A stretch of 63,838 nucleotides of DNA, filler included, from Hyphochytrium catenoides (Eukaryota > Protista > Hyphochytriomycota): NCBI GenBank assembly GCA_900088475.1. It is 6 parts of 6 records of this genome, joined end to end, with 100 filler letters (N's around TTAATTAATTAA, not from the genome) between each part and the next. Parts side by side here need not be neighbours in the genome. Positions count along the whole stretch, not along the records: positions 1 to 30,738 come from FLMG01002376.1; 5 more parts are not named here. One strand, given 5' to 3'. The translations under genes were made by a program, and so were the position numbers. This document shows positions 13,430 through 26,899 of the stretch, piece after piece (within the stretch, counting starts at the first letter, position 1; every line of letters begins with the position of its first letter). Below the pieces are notes generated by a model. It saw only the letters and a list, made by a program, of their open reading frames with translations. It did not search any database and was not told the origin of the DNA.

Positions 13430-16400
13430 ATGGAGGCTGAAGCTTCAGAAATTGCGGCTGCGCTGCTTCGTCACCCTGACGTGGTTCGAGGACAACTGCG
13501 CCATGCAGTCACAGTCCTGACCTCTCGTGGCCTTAGAGTGTCAGCACGGTGGTAGGGATCTTTGATGTGGTCTTCCCAAGAAACAGACGCTAACATTTAG
13601 ACAGGGCCGCTGAGATGCTCACCGCCCTGAATGCCAAGGACGGAGTCAGAGATCTGGACGGACCAAACCCTTCCGACGCGGAACTGAGAAGGAATTTTAT
13701 CCAGGCCGCAGCGCTAGACGCACAGTCCGAAGCCGCAGAGAGCAAAAGAGACAGAGTGAGCACAAGCTACGCCCTCCCTTCCTTGTCTCTTTCCGTCCCA
13801 GCGCTTCGCGGTTCTGACGTAAGGATTTGTGCAGGACGTCACCACTCTTGGAAAGGCTTTCTTCGATATGGGCGAATACCTACGGGCAGCAGAGACTCTA
13901 AAGGTCAAAGGTACGCACCTTCTTCTTCTTATTTTTCTTCATCTTTGGCTAAGTAGCCCTATTAGCTGCGCACGAAGTAGGGCCATACGGGATTCTGAAG
14001 CCCACACCAAAGTCCATCTTCCTCCGAGCCTACGCACTGTACTTGGCTGGGGAGAAGAAGAAGCAGGACGAGCTTATGGATAGGATGGGTAAGTCACGTT
14101 CTCTTACGATGCAAGCCCGCAGTCAGCCAATTCTTCTTCTTTCCGTTGTGATATCCTCTTCCTGACAGCCGTGCTCCCGCCATTGCCGTTTACATTGGCG
14201 AAAGTATCTTTTTTTGCTCGCTTCTCTTGGCTGGTTGGCTCTTGGTTGATTTGGATGTGCTCATAGACCGTGGAAGAGGCAAGAATCCGTACCTTAAGGA
14301 GCTGGAATGTGAGCTTCGGACCTACTACGAGTCAGAAAAGCTGGATGGACTTGGGCTCTACATGTACGAGTCCCAAGAGTCACCTTTCCTTCCACTCTTC
14401 GCTCTCACGGGACTAGGACACCACCCAACTCTTCGTCTCTCTTTCGTCTCTCTTGCGCTGACGTTCCGACGTTAATTCTCTTCGACCTTACATCGGCCTT
14501 TTCTCTCTGTACCAGATATGGCGTTGTGATGAAAGAGTTAGAGAGTGACTTGGAGCTAGCCCGCGGGTTATTGAGAGAATCGGTGCAGAGGTACCCTTGG
14601 AACTGGTCCGCTTGGGTTGATCTGGCGGCTCTCTGCAGCGATAAAGACGCGGTATTGCCTGGTTGCATCGGTCACTTCTCTAAGTGCACCTGCCCTTATT
14701 TATCCTTGTCTCATTTTCTCGCCTTTAGCTTCACGCATTAGATCTGAAGGTCCAGGCCCCATGGATGATAGACTTCTTTCATGCTCATCTTCTTCTCGAC
14801 CTTCAACACAATGAGGAAGCTCTGCAGGTACCTCGATGGCTTCACAGGACAGAAACGCTTAATAACTGTTAACATTCCTTTCCCTTGGGTCGTTGTCGCG
14901 TTTTTCACTGACACCTGCCAAATTCTTACGCATCTCTGGGTTTTGTACCCTTTGCGTCTCTCTTCTATATGTCTGCAGCTATACGAAGCTCTAGGTGCAT
15001 CTATTCCTGCGAGCACGTACATAATCTCCCAAAGTGGAATGGCCCATTACAATATGAGAAGTAAGTCAACGGTCATCAAGAAGGTTCCATGTGACGTGAT
15101 AATCACCTCTTTTCCTCCCTCCTCTCTCCCTCTCTGTGTCTCCTTTCTTATCGAAATCGATCATCTCTCACCCAAACACTCTCTCTCTCTTTCCCACCTC
15201 TCTTTCTGCTTCGTTATCGCTGCTTCTCTCGCTCTCTTCTTTCTCTTGCCCTCCACTCTGGTGCTGGCCATTTCCCTAGACTTCGATGAGGCGCAAGAAG
15301 AGTTTGAGATTCTCCGTAGGGTGGACCCATATCGACTCGATAACCTTGATACCTTCTCAAACGTTCTCTATGTCAAGGTAGCCTTGTGTTCTTTTTCTTA
15401 GTTAGCAGATAAGCTGAAGCATCTTATCCTCAGGAGTCGAAGGCAGCACTCAGTCATTTGGCCCATAGCGCGCTGCTATGTGAGAAGTACCGGCCGGAGA
15501 CCTGCTGCATCATTGGTAAGCTCTGAGTTAGCCTCCCCAGTCGGGGTCACTCTTAATTCTCCCTACATCTGGAACTATGGTTGATTCCTATGTTGAGCAC
15601 TCGCATGATATTTCAGCTAGTGTCGCTCCTCCACCGAAATCAGTACTTGCTTGTGCCGGCCTTCTACCTCTAAGTCCCTCCTTTTGCTGTGCCTTAGCCC
15701 CTAAAGTTATGACCCTGGCATTTTCATTTTCTCTTTTAATGGAACGACTGAATGGTACAATCTAGGGAACTACTACAGTCTCAAGGGCCACCACGAAAGG
15801 GCGGTTGTTCACTTCCAGCGTGCGCTTAAGCTGAATCCAAAGTTCCTCAGTGCCTGGACACTGATGGGCCATGAATTTGTGGAATTGAAGAACACCTCGG
15901 CTGCTATTGAGGCTTACAGGCGAGCTGTGGGTAAGTCACAGAGTATTCTTGGAGACAGAAGAGACCCGAGCCAGATTGACAGGAAGGGGTAGAGAGTTTT
16001 CAAAGGAGCGGAGCTTGCAGTTGGAGTAAGAGCTTGTAGGCAAGGTGTGAGAGGAGGAATGGTGAAGAGAGAGTGTACGAAGGACCTACAGCGACGTAGA
16101 AATCGAAGAAGAAAAAGGGACAGGGGAGAGAGAGAGGAAGACAGGGATGACGGAGGCAGAAAGAGGAAAAAAAAGGTTATAGCGGCATTCATGGAACTAA
16201 AGACAAAGTTTGTTGCCCTCAATCCTATAGACATCAACCCTCGGGACTACCGCGCCTGGTACGGCCTCGGCCAGACTTATGAGATCTTGCAGATGTTCTT
16301 CTACGCCCTTCATTACTATCGCAAGGCGACTACCTTACGGTCCTATGACTCAAGGATGTGGTGAGTACTCGGGAGCCCTACCTGTAACTTGAGCACAGCT

Positions 16401-16994
16401 GACGAGCCGCAACGTAGGACCGCAATGGCGGGATGCTATGAGCGGCTGGAGCGCCGGCAAGAGGCCGTGATGTGCTACGAGCGCGCCATCTCTAACCACG
16501 ATCGAGAAGGCTCTGCGGCGGTAAGTTCACCCTGTTAAATTTGTTGAAAGAGAGTTCGAATTTTCTCCGACGCACCGAACTTCAGGTACGACTAGCGAAG
16601 ATCTACAGGGAGATGGGTGCCAAGGAAAAAGCTGCGAAGTTCTTCAAATATCATTTGGAATGCAGAGGGAACGACGCGGTACGCCTTACGCCGTCTTACT
16701 TCATACACAGCGTCTACTCGGTATCTAACACATGTGGCAGGCCGACAGTCCTGAGAGTGTGGAGGCGATACTTTTCCTTGCACAATTTTGCAAAGAGTCG
16801 CGCATGTATGATGACGCAGCGCGATATTGCTCGCGACTGCTCGACCATCCGGGGCCGGTACATCACTTCCTCGATATTCCCTTCTTTTTTGCCGCTGACA
16901 AGTGCTGATGATGCCCTGCGCCTACTCTGTTTAGGAACGAGAGGAGGCGAAGGCTCTGCTGCGTGAGCTGCGGTCCCTGGACGCGCTGGAGTGA
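13430..16994 (+). CDS. CDC23: Anaphase-promoting complex subunit 8 (TPR protein), 16 exons
   Basis: Spliced translation contains [99 protein letters not shown] and [15 protein letters not shown]. It has 15 GT-AG introns and stops at TGA 16992-16994. Confidence 0.95.
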
Positions 16995-17107
16995 GGAAGC
17001 GCCCGCAGAACCGTTTTACCTCACCTCTACTGTGCTGGTCGAGAGAAGTTGCGATTCCCACCCCACCCGTGGCCATACTTGTTCTAAACTATATTTTATT
17101 TATTCCG

Positions 17108-17113
17108 AATAAA
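17108..17113 (+). terminator. Putative polyadenylation signal AATAAA of CDC23
   Basis: AATAAA in an AT-rich patch ~115 nt after the CDC23 stop codon. Confidence 0.45.
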
Positions 17114-17443
17114 GTATTTTAGCGGGTCCCTTATCATTGATACCTTTTTCGAGGAGCCTGGAGGAGGTCTGGGGGCTTGGCACACAAAGAAGGACTGAGT
17201 GGATCAATGGGAACTGTGAAGGAAAAGGCTTCAGAATCAGGAAATCTTCATTCTGAAGCTTCTCCATCGCTTGAGCTCCCCATCAGAAGCAGCGCCGATC
17301 CGACAGATCAGAAGCTCCAAGCGAAGCCGGGCAGCGGGCCTTATAGGACAGAATTCTAGGAACCAACCTCCTTCTGCACTAAACAGTAATAGGCCTGACC
17401 CTAAAAGTGGCAAAGGCTTCTGAGACGAACGCCTCCGCTCACA

Positions 17444-19743
17444 ATGGATGATAGTGAGGGCGCTAAGTCTTCCTCACCGCTTGAGACGCTGTACACGCGA
17501 GGAGAAAGGCTATGGCAGGCTATCGATGATGACGAGTTTTCTCCTGACGTTCAACAAAAAGCTATCGAGGCTCTCACTTCTTTCCGCCTCTGCCAACAGC
17601 TGATCGCCTCAGCACACCTATTTTCAAAGAACGAGATGGTAGCTGCTCCCCTATTTAGAAGCCATGTGCCGAGGATAATAACTGCTTTTCACTCTTCCTA
17701 GATCGATGACGTTCCTACCTCACATATCCGCTACCTGCTCACGGACTTCTATATTGCGACTTTGCTTCTCAAGCTGTCGGACAGCCACAAGAGGCGAGTC
17801 TGTCATAGCCGTGGTCCTCCTTCTTTCGGTCTCAGAGTCTCCATCTCTCCATCTCCCACTCGTATGTCCTTCGACATCGTGCTTTTTATATCTATATTCT
17901 GTTTCCCGGTCCACTATCTCGTCTCTCTTGCCTGGTCTATCTCTTCATGGTATCGGAGCTTACCTCGGTCTGAGCTGTCTGATCTCTCGTGGCAGACTAA
18001 ATCACGTGACAGAGGCGGAAGCATGTCTAAACTCCTTCCTGGACACCTGCGAGAGACAGGAAATCATTACCTCCACACAAAGAAGGGAGTTTTTGAATGT
18101 AAGGGGACAAAGTGATGCTTCGGCTCTCACGCCTCAGTGCTAAACCAGAGCATGCGCTCTTTTCTCAACTTGACTCCTTCTCTTATTGTTCTTCCTCTAC
18201 TCTCGAGCTACTGCTTTGTCTCCTCTTTCCCTTTGCTGTGCTTCTTAAGACCAGTTGCTGTCCTGCAGGACAAGTCAGCGCTCTCCGCCGCTGAGCAGCG
18301 AGCTATGAAGATTGAGAGATTTAAAAGTGAAAGCCGGATGAAGAAGCAGTTAGAGGTTTGCTGCGCTCAATCTGTTTCGTATATGTCTGCCTGTCTCTCT
18401 CTTTCTTACCTTTCTCAACTTCTCCAAGTATCGCCTTAGCTGACACGTTTTACAAAGGAATTGCGCTCGCGTTTCAAAGCTATAGATGACGAGGAGGCTT
18501 CGGAATGGGAGGAGACCGCACGTGACCTTTACTTGGCGCAGCTTCGCTATCATATTCAGCAGATCCACGAGCTCCTACGAGCTATAAAGGAGGTGCGGCC
18601 ACATACCCGCCCAACAAGCTTCTCTCAAGGAGTCTCTCTCTCTCTCTCTCTCGCTTGCTCCCTCCATGGCGGCGGCTCTTTCTCTCGCTGGTGGTCCTTC
18701 TGAAAGTTGGCTTGTTACGCAGCAAACACTCAACCGTGCTCATGCCTTCGCCTGGTCACTGTCGAGTTCTCTATGCTATACCAGTGCTAAGTCTTTACTC
18801 TGATCTCTAGATGCCTGTTACATCTTTCTCGCCAGCGGTTCTATCACGTGCGCTGCTCCTTACCTTCATGATCCCTATCGCATGGGCTGACGGTCTCGCC
18901 CTCTTTTCTCCTTGGGCAATTGGTTCTAGGAAAGAGAACTTTTGGAGTACAAGCGGAGCATGGAGAGGGGCGATAGCGAGGAAGCTTTTGACGCCCGAGC
19001 GCCTTCTAGATCCTCCAAGAGTCAAGAAGCACCTCGCTTAGACTTCAGTCCTGAAGCGTACGCTCAGCGGCCAGGCCTCGTGAGTCTCTCCTCACACCTA
19101 GTGGACATCTACTTACGAAGCAATAACTTACTGCTCTCCACTCGTCTTGTAGTACATTCCATTTGTCTTTTTGGCTTTCCCCTCTCTCACTGTTCGGGTC
19201 TCATTTATTCTGGGCTCTACCTTGGTGTGGTCTGTCTTCCCATCAGTCCCTCGCTAGGCTGATCAATCCTCCGTCTTTAGCAAATCACTCAGATTGATCC
19301 CTCGGGGCGGATGACGCGGCAGACGATCAAGGCCCAAGTCTTCCAGCCCTTTCACCAGCAGCCCACCATGACGCTTCAGGAGCTGGCAGATCTGGAGCTC
19401 GCAGAGGCGAGAGAGCGAGAGCAGACACAAACGTAAGGACACTCTCTCATGGAGTGCCCTAACGCCCGATATCCTCCTCTATTCGTACCGTTACTTCTCT
19501 TCTCACGTCAGTTCTGTCGTTCTGGCTCTCTTCTCACACACACAATGTTTCTTCACCTCTAATGGCTTTTTTAACAGTTCTGGGTCGGAAACCTATGTCA
19601 AGCGGTACGAACAATTGGCCGAGGAAGGCCTAGAGGACGATGAGGAGCTGGTGGAAAAAGCGACCTACAAGGACCGTGCGTGGGATGACTGGAAAGATGA
19701 CAACCCGAAGGGCATCGGGAACAAAGGCGCCTCTGTATACTGA
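17444..19743 (+). CDS. TAP42: TAP42/alpha4/IGBP1 PP2A-family phosphatase regulator, 8 exons
   Basis: Spliced translation contains LFSKNEMIDDVPTSHIRYLL, RAMKIERFK, VFQPFHQQPTMTL and the C-terminal KDRAWDDWKDDNPKGIGNK. It has 7 introns, one of them GC-AG, and stops at TGA 19741-19743. Confidence 0.92.
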
Positions 19744-20018
19744 TTAACTGACAAAAGACTAGAAATGCCTCTGTTTCTGCCCGCTAGTGTCAACTCCTTC
19801 CTGTCCCTGCTTGCCCGAATGGGAAAGCCGTGGACCCCCCACTTCAGAGGGTTAGGCAGACGCTGCCGGGCTTCAGTAAATTCAATCAATGGCGGCAATG
19901 GACTGCAGGCGGGACCACACAGTCCCCACTTGCATATCGTTAAGGGCGAAAGACTCTTTCTTTATTTTCTCTTCTCTCTTCCCACCTCTTTTGGTGCTGC
20001 TGAGCGAAGGTCTGGAGC

Positions 20019-22805
20019 CTATCTTGTGATCTTGAACTTCTTGATTTGATCCAGCAACTTCTTGGGCTCTCCGCTCTGGAAGTGTAGGCGGACCGGCTCG
20101 AGGATTCTAGGACAGCAGCGTTAGTACTTGCTTCAACTTCAGGGAAGGAGCCCAGAGGAAGTGGTAATTGGGCTTACTCATTAATATATTTCCCTAGCGC
20201 GGGCTTCAGGTCCCCGGGGTGGATGTTCCCTGCAACATAATCCTGCTCCAGGGCTTCGTACGAGGAGAAAGTGCTGGTAGGTGTATAATATAGCAGAGGG
20301 CCGTAGACAAGGTGAGGGTTACGTGGGTGCAAAGGAAGGGGCGGAGATCATAGATATTCAGCGAAGGAGAGAGCGAGAGATAGCTGCTGTGAGCTCATAT
20401 CCACCATGCCAAATGACTAGAAGGGATACGTACAGAGGACCACCGTTGGCCTCGCTCCTGTCTATTGTCACAGCGTCATACTTCTGGAAGACAATGTGCT
20501 TCATGTAATCAAGGACCGGGTTCCCTTGCACCTCTCCGGGCGGGCAGTATGCCTTCTTTAGCTTTCTGTTAACGTCGGCAGCGGTATCTTCCATGAAGAT
20601 CGCGGAGTCCGGGTCAGATTTGCTCATCTTCTCTTGGCCCTGAGGAAAGAAAGGCGTGATCAAACCTAGGACCTGCGTTCTACCTTTCTATAGACTAGAC
20701 ATCTAAAGGCCTCCTATCAAGCTGTGCTCCGCTTAACCCCTAGACCCCTCCTTTGGCTTCGCCCTACCCCGTGGCCCTTGACGAGATAGTGCCGTTGCTC
20801 TCGCGGTCATTCTTCTCCTGCATCCTCTGTAAACCTTGTCAAGTTCATTGCACTACCTGCTTCAGCCCTAGAAGCATGTGATGACTGATAATGACGGGCT
20901 TATGCTTGATCTTGGGCTTCACCTCGTCGCAGTACTCGCGAGCTAGCATATTCACCTGCAGTCACGCACTTGGGAGCTCAGAACTATTTGAAGAATCGTA
21001 TCAAGGAATGCATGGAGCCCTACGAGAGAGCAAACAATGGGCCGAACTCTTGAAGATTAAGCAAAGCACAGACGGATGGGAATTCAGTCAAGACAGCCAT
21101 TGCCAGCACTTCTCTATCTTTCGGCTCACCTTTCTTTGGTCCATTCCCAGCTGGCAGATGTCTGCCTGTAAGAAGTTTCGAGTGTGAGTGGTTCGGTTGA
21201 GCCTAGAAGATATACAAGGACTGGCCGGACAGGAATAGGTAGAAGCTACATAAGCACTCGAGCAATGATCAAGGATGCGACCAAAGGAAGAACAGTGCCG
21301 TCTCTTATACCTTGAGGAAGAAGACGTCTGCACACTGCATGCAGGGATACATGATCTGTGCGGCGCTCATCTCGTCGGATTCCTGCCAGTGCGTTAGGTA
21401 TTGGAGAAGGAAGGTGTAGTGCGACACGGCAAGCCTACCTTCCTGCCCATGATAGTACAGCAGCGCTGAATTCGCGCGAGGTTGAACCTCCTGGCGATGT
21501 CCATGACGCGGCTCCAGTAAGCGTCAGCGTGAGCGTTGATCTCATCGGAGGCCCAGAGGAACTGTCCGGTTCTGAGAGTGAGCGCGGCACTCTCACCTCG
21601 AAATTTTCCAGTTCTCTACTTCTTCTCACAGGTCCCTAACCTCGAACTCTCTCTCTCACAGTGGCGAGGCTTTATCAACTCTTTCTTCCTTCTTGTTTCC
21701 AGGTATGTCTTTTTGTTATGACCATTCGTTAGGCGAATTCCTACACCTGTTTTCTGTCTTCTCTGACCCTCTTCTACTCTCCTTTATTTGCACTACTACG
21801 CGCACCTGAACATTATCCATGTCCATGCCTGCCGCCCTCCAGATCTCGATCATATATTGGCCGACCATGCGGATCTTCTTCAAATCGCCGCCCATCTGAG
21901 GTGCACACGGAAGACCCATGGAAGGGAGTCCTTTAGACAACGCTGCACAGGCCCTGTAGTAGGTACCTCTCTCTCTCTAGTATCTATCTATCTATCTCTA
22001 TCTCTCTTCTCCCCTCTTCCTCTCTATCTTTCCGACCTCTCAACCTTATTTTCATGCGATGTTTCTTCCTTCGTCGAGAGCCTACCTTGTTGTTTAGTAG
22101 CGCGAACCAATCCGCCACCCAGAAGCGGAAGATGCACCCCGCGGTCGTCAGCTTATTCACCTGAGACAAAAGAGAGTTAGAGCCGCTTATTGTTCCCATA
22201 GGCAGGACGGTGGAGCAAGTATAAGGAGAGAAAGAGAGGGAGAGGAACGCTCACATTGATGACGCGAAGGACGCCCTGCGCAATGTGCATCCGACCGGAA
22301 GGCTCAAAACCGTCATAGCAAATGGGATGATCCTTTTTCTCGAGCAGCAACCGCAGCTCCGCCTCCTGAATGCATTCCTCGCCCACACTGCGACAGAGCT
22401 CGAAGCGCTCATCAAGGCTTAGCTGGGATTTCTTCCACTCGCGTTGCTCGTTCAAAAGCGACACAGGGGTCGGCCCGCTTGCTGCGCCGCTCACGGAGAG
22501 TGCGGCGGCGGCGGCGATGAGGGCGCCTGTGGGATCACAAGCAGTACAAGAGCTCAGAGCTGAGCGGACGGAAGCAGGAGAATGAGGACAGGAGAGAGGT
22601 CAAATGGGTCATACCGGCGCCGCCCGCGGCAGTGCTTTCCTGTACTTTGTCTTCAACTTCCTCGCCCTCGGTGCGCTATCAGACAAGTTTTAGAAACAAT
22701 TTGGTGGAAGGTTCTATCACGGCAGAGAGGGAGACGAGCAAGCGCGGAACGTCGAGAGGTAGGCGAGGAAGCAAAACCCTGTTGGGCACCTACTGGGGTC
22801 GCCAT
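20019..22805 (-). CDS. YARS: Cytosolic tyrosyl-tRNA synthetase (plant/protist type), ~12 exons
   Basis: Contains CYDGFEPSGRMHIAQG (HIGH-like), WVADWFALLNNKMGGDL, YPCMQCADVFFLKADICQLGMDQRKVNMLAREY, KMSKSDPDSAIFMED and HPGDLKP. It has 11 GT-AG introns. The start at ATG 22805, through a 12-nt first coding exon, is less certain than the core. Confidence 0.95.
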
Positions 22806-25800
22806 GATTGCGATAGATCGCCCTCGAGAATCGACCGGGTGCTGCTGCTGCTGCTGATGTCACTGGTCACGCTTCTTCCTTCAAAGCCCAACCAATATGC
22901 TGAGGCTCTTGTCCATCGTCTGTCTTATTGTCGGCTTGGGCAGAGAGCACACAGCAAACCCCGCAGCCCAGCAAGGCAGAGGGCAGGCGGCGGCGGGCGG
23001 TACAAATAACTCTTCAGCGGAGAAAGGAGGGAGAGACGGATGAAGGGGAAGAGGCTGGAAGTTGAGCCTCAAGAGCCAGAAAGATTTCTCTGGTGGAAGG
23101 GAGGTGGAGATCGAAGTACGCTAACGGCGATAATAACTACTGGGGAAGCACTGTATCAGTATGGGATACTTTCCTGTGTGCACAAGTCCAAAGTCCCACA
23201 ACTCCAGTCCCCTTTGTTCTCTACCTTACTCATTTTCCTCTTCGGGCTCGGGCTATGGTGCTGGTGCTGCTTGTGTGACCTTAGTATTATTATTTACTAA
23301 GCGCTGCCCCTCACGACAATGGGTTTTCAGCAACCTTATGATGATGATGAAGAAGAAGAAGAAGAAGTGTTGCCCACAAAAAACAATAATGCACATTCCC
23401 CAATATTCAACTTCTCTTCTTCCGCCTCTGAGGTGGTGAGATCATCTAGGCACTACTGCGACGGTAAGTGCGTCTGGAACCATTCGCGGGAGGGCTTCAA
23501 AGCGGCAACAATCGTCGGCGATCATAGCCAGGCGGGCGTGGATCCCTCCTTCTTCTCTTTCTCTACTAGCTGTTTAGCAGTTATACATTGCTCATCTAAT
23601 TTATTTATTTTTTTGTAAAACATAGAAGGCCATTCCCACAAAAAAGATTAATTCAGTTATTTAATCGGGAAGTATGAGGGTCCTTGTCAGGCTGTGGGGC
23701 TGCAGGTTTGCCGTTAGTCTGGGAGGCTTTTGGTGGTACTAAACCCTATGTCTTGGACTCTGTGGAACAACTCATGAAGCTTCAGAAGAGTGATCGCTCT
23801 GCTCTCGCGGCTTCTCGATCTCTAGGTCATTGGTCTCGGTTAGCAAAGAAGGCTCTAAATCTTCACACATGCAGAATCTCCCTCGCCATCCACGAAGAAG
23901 AGAATAATACGCTACAGATTCTGAAGCGTATTCCTCTTCAGCAGTTGAACCCCGCTTTTCCTTGTCTGATGTGAGTGTGCTGATGATGGTATCAGCCCTA
24001 TGCCCTCTTTCTCCTCCTTCGCCGTCTCCTATCTTTATTGCCGAGAAGTTCAACTATGATTCTTCTTCCATTTCCAATGATGATGGTGGAGGAGGAGAGC
24101 GTGTTGAAGAGTACAAGACTTTGTAGCTGTTGTCTCTTTTTCCTATTCTTCTTCTTTTTCCTCTTTCTTGCAGCTCTTGTCTCTTCCTTTCCTTCGTTTT
24201 CGTCTTCTTCTTCTTCCTCCTCTTCCCCTCCTTCTTCTTCTAACTCTTCTCTTTTCTTCTGCATCTCTTCTTTTTTAGTAGTAGCAGCTGATGCATAATG
24301 AAGCCCTTCTCTAAATATTAAAATAGTTCAACAATCAAGTTGCGAAGTCCATCTTCTTTTTTCTCTTGCTAGTCGACTACTTTTCTCTCTTGTTCCTCTT
24401 CTTGTTCGTAGTACACATTATCATATCTTCTTCTTAGACAGTAATCTACTAGTAGTCACTCCTTCATAAGAAAGAGAAGTTATTTACAACGCAAGTTTTC
24501 TCCCGTTTCTGGCGGCGCGCCCACGGCGACCGTCTTCTTTCTCATTCCTCTCCTTCTTCTCGAGCACGTCTTCGTTCTTTTTCTCTGCCTCATGCTGGAG
24601 GTTTCCTGGCCGCTCTTCCCTCTGTGGCGCTGCTGCATAAGGCCCAATTCCCTGTATGATGTTATCAGGGAAACAAGGCACCTTTCTGGAATATAAAGTT
24701 CCTCTCTTTGCCCAGAGAGTATCCCAACTTCAATTACAGAATCTGAAGAAGAACTCGAAGAAGAGTTGGGCCTAACATAGACGGGACTGGCCCGGTGGTG
24801 GTGATGAATACGTTCGAGGAGAAAAGAGCTACAGATATTGGTAATGGCAGAAAGAGGCAGATGGAGAAGGTGCAGAAGGCTGAGACAAACGGGTAAGTGC
24901 CGTTGTCCATTTCCAAATTTTACACTTCCGGCTCTTCTCCTATTCCATCATGTCTCCCACCATTTATGCGTTATTGAATGCAAATTGGTAGTGATATAGA
25001 TGACTATGCAAATTGGTATTGAGATGCGCAGCTAAGAGCAGCAGATGTAATCTGTAAGTGCACAATGACCATTTGGAGATAGATTGCCAACAGGTTGCGC
25101 TACCATTCTTTTCCAAACTACTTACGTCTTTATCTCGTCTCTTCTACCACAGCTACATTATTTTCCTCCTGTTCCCTCTATTCTAGTACTGCCTCTCGTG
25201 ACTGGATGCATGTTGTCAAGCATCTCCTTTCCTCAGGCAGAGGTTTTTTCCAACTTTATTGGGCCTCCCACTTCGCTCCTTCGTTTTTGATCTTATCAAG
25301 GAGGCTTGCTGCAAAAATTGACGCTAAGAGAGCATGTTTATCGCTATCGTGCCAACGCCTTCTTGTCCTTCTCGGCCGTCCTAAGTGAGTTGCAGCTGAC
25401 CGTCTTCTTTCTGCCGTCTCTTATTGGTGCACTGCTGTCAACAAATTGGCTGCGTCACAACAAGTGCCACTCCTTGGACTCTCTTTTGGTAGCTGTTTGC
25501 CTTCTGCTGTCTCTCCTCTCCTCTCCTTCCACGAACCCCTTCCTTATCACTGGAGATATAATACTACTTCTTCCTGTTCACACCTCGAGAATAATAGTTC
25601 TCCCTTGCTTAGTTCCTCTTATTACTACCTTCTTTATTTAGCATGCTATGGAGGTTTTTGCGGTTCTTCGTTCCTGACTCGTTGAGATAATTCTTGCTGC
25701 GAGAGGGCAATAATTCAAAGCGGAGCCAAAAAAGAGCTACATTCACTATCATCGACGATCTCTTTCCTTCAGCAGAAGGAGAAGAACCCGCAGGGCAATT

Positions 25801-26140
25801 TCGTGATGAGGGGCTCTCGCTCAGGGCAGGTGTTTCTGCTGGCGGATCTCGATTACTTGCAAGCTGAAACCACAGCAGCCGAGCATCTTCTTGCTACCTC
25901 ATTTCTGTACCTAGAAGAGAGAAAGGAAAAACAGCAGCAACAACAATGCCGCTTTTGAACAAGCTGCCGCTTTCTTATTATTAGCGTTCTTTTCTCATTC
26001 CTCGACCAAACATGATCATGACCACCTCATTGTCACCTGCTTTGTTGTAAGGAGGCAGCTTGTTGCTTCTCATCATAACGTTTTACGCACTGCTGCTGCC
26101 GCCTCCTGCTGCCTTGAACGAAGACGTTTTCTGCTAATCA

Positions 26141-26760
26141 GTGATTGCCTCAATCGAACTAGCTGTGAGACCAGCCGGGCTCAACGCGCTTCAACGGTTG
26201 GCGTCCCTGACTCCGGCAGAAAGGGAACGGTTGTTCCGGACTGGAGGCTGCTTTTGGTGCAAGGAGTCTGAACACCTTGGCCGCGACTGTCCCCGTTTCT
26301 CTAACCCAAGAAAGTATCGACCACTAGGCCCAAATGGCCAGTTCCGGGGTTGAGTGGGCCACGCCCTGGAACTATACTTAATCATGACATCAATGAAAGG
26401 AGAATCTCTACCCCTTCGTGATTTCTTATCCCTGCCCACATCCCCCAAAGCAAGAAATACCTAGGTCCCTTACCACTGAACATGACGACCAACCAGCCCC
26501 ACGAACCCGTCGCGTCACCTTGGCCGCACCTCCTTGTGCCATAGACACTATGACCCAAGAAACAACTGAGATCACCCCCCCCCCCCCGACGTCCGTTCTT
26601 CTTCTGATCCGGTTAAAAGTCACAGCCGCTACCACCACAAATACGTCCGTTCATACAGACCTCATCTTATTACCGTACACATCAGTGGGGTGGTCTTGCA
26701 CGCTTTGGTTGACAGCGGCTGTCAACGTAACATTATCGGGAATCACCACGTAACACTTAC
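26141..26760 (+). mobile_element. Ty3/gypsy-like LTR retrotransposon remnant (Gag zinc knuckle and aspartic protease)
   Basis: LTPAERERLFRTGGCFWCKESEHLGRDCP is a CCHC knuckle in gypsy-type context. LHALVDSGCQRNII follows (protease active site). The frames are disrupted. Confidence 0.7.
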
Positions 26761-26899
26761 TGGTCTTACCCCTAATGAATATATGGGATTCGGAGACAAT
26801 TACATTATGACTTCTTGCTCAGCTTATGAGCCAGAAAGGGTAGTCTCTAGATTGTGGGACCCTCTTGGACTTGGAATCCTGAGATGCATTCCTACTAGT

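Noticed and set aside
13430-22805. Introner-like (recently mobile) introns as the cause of high intron density
   Set aside because: I saw no shared sequence, terminal repeats or uniform length among the introns beyond splice signals and CT content. An all-vs-all intron BLAST would be needed to exclude this fully.
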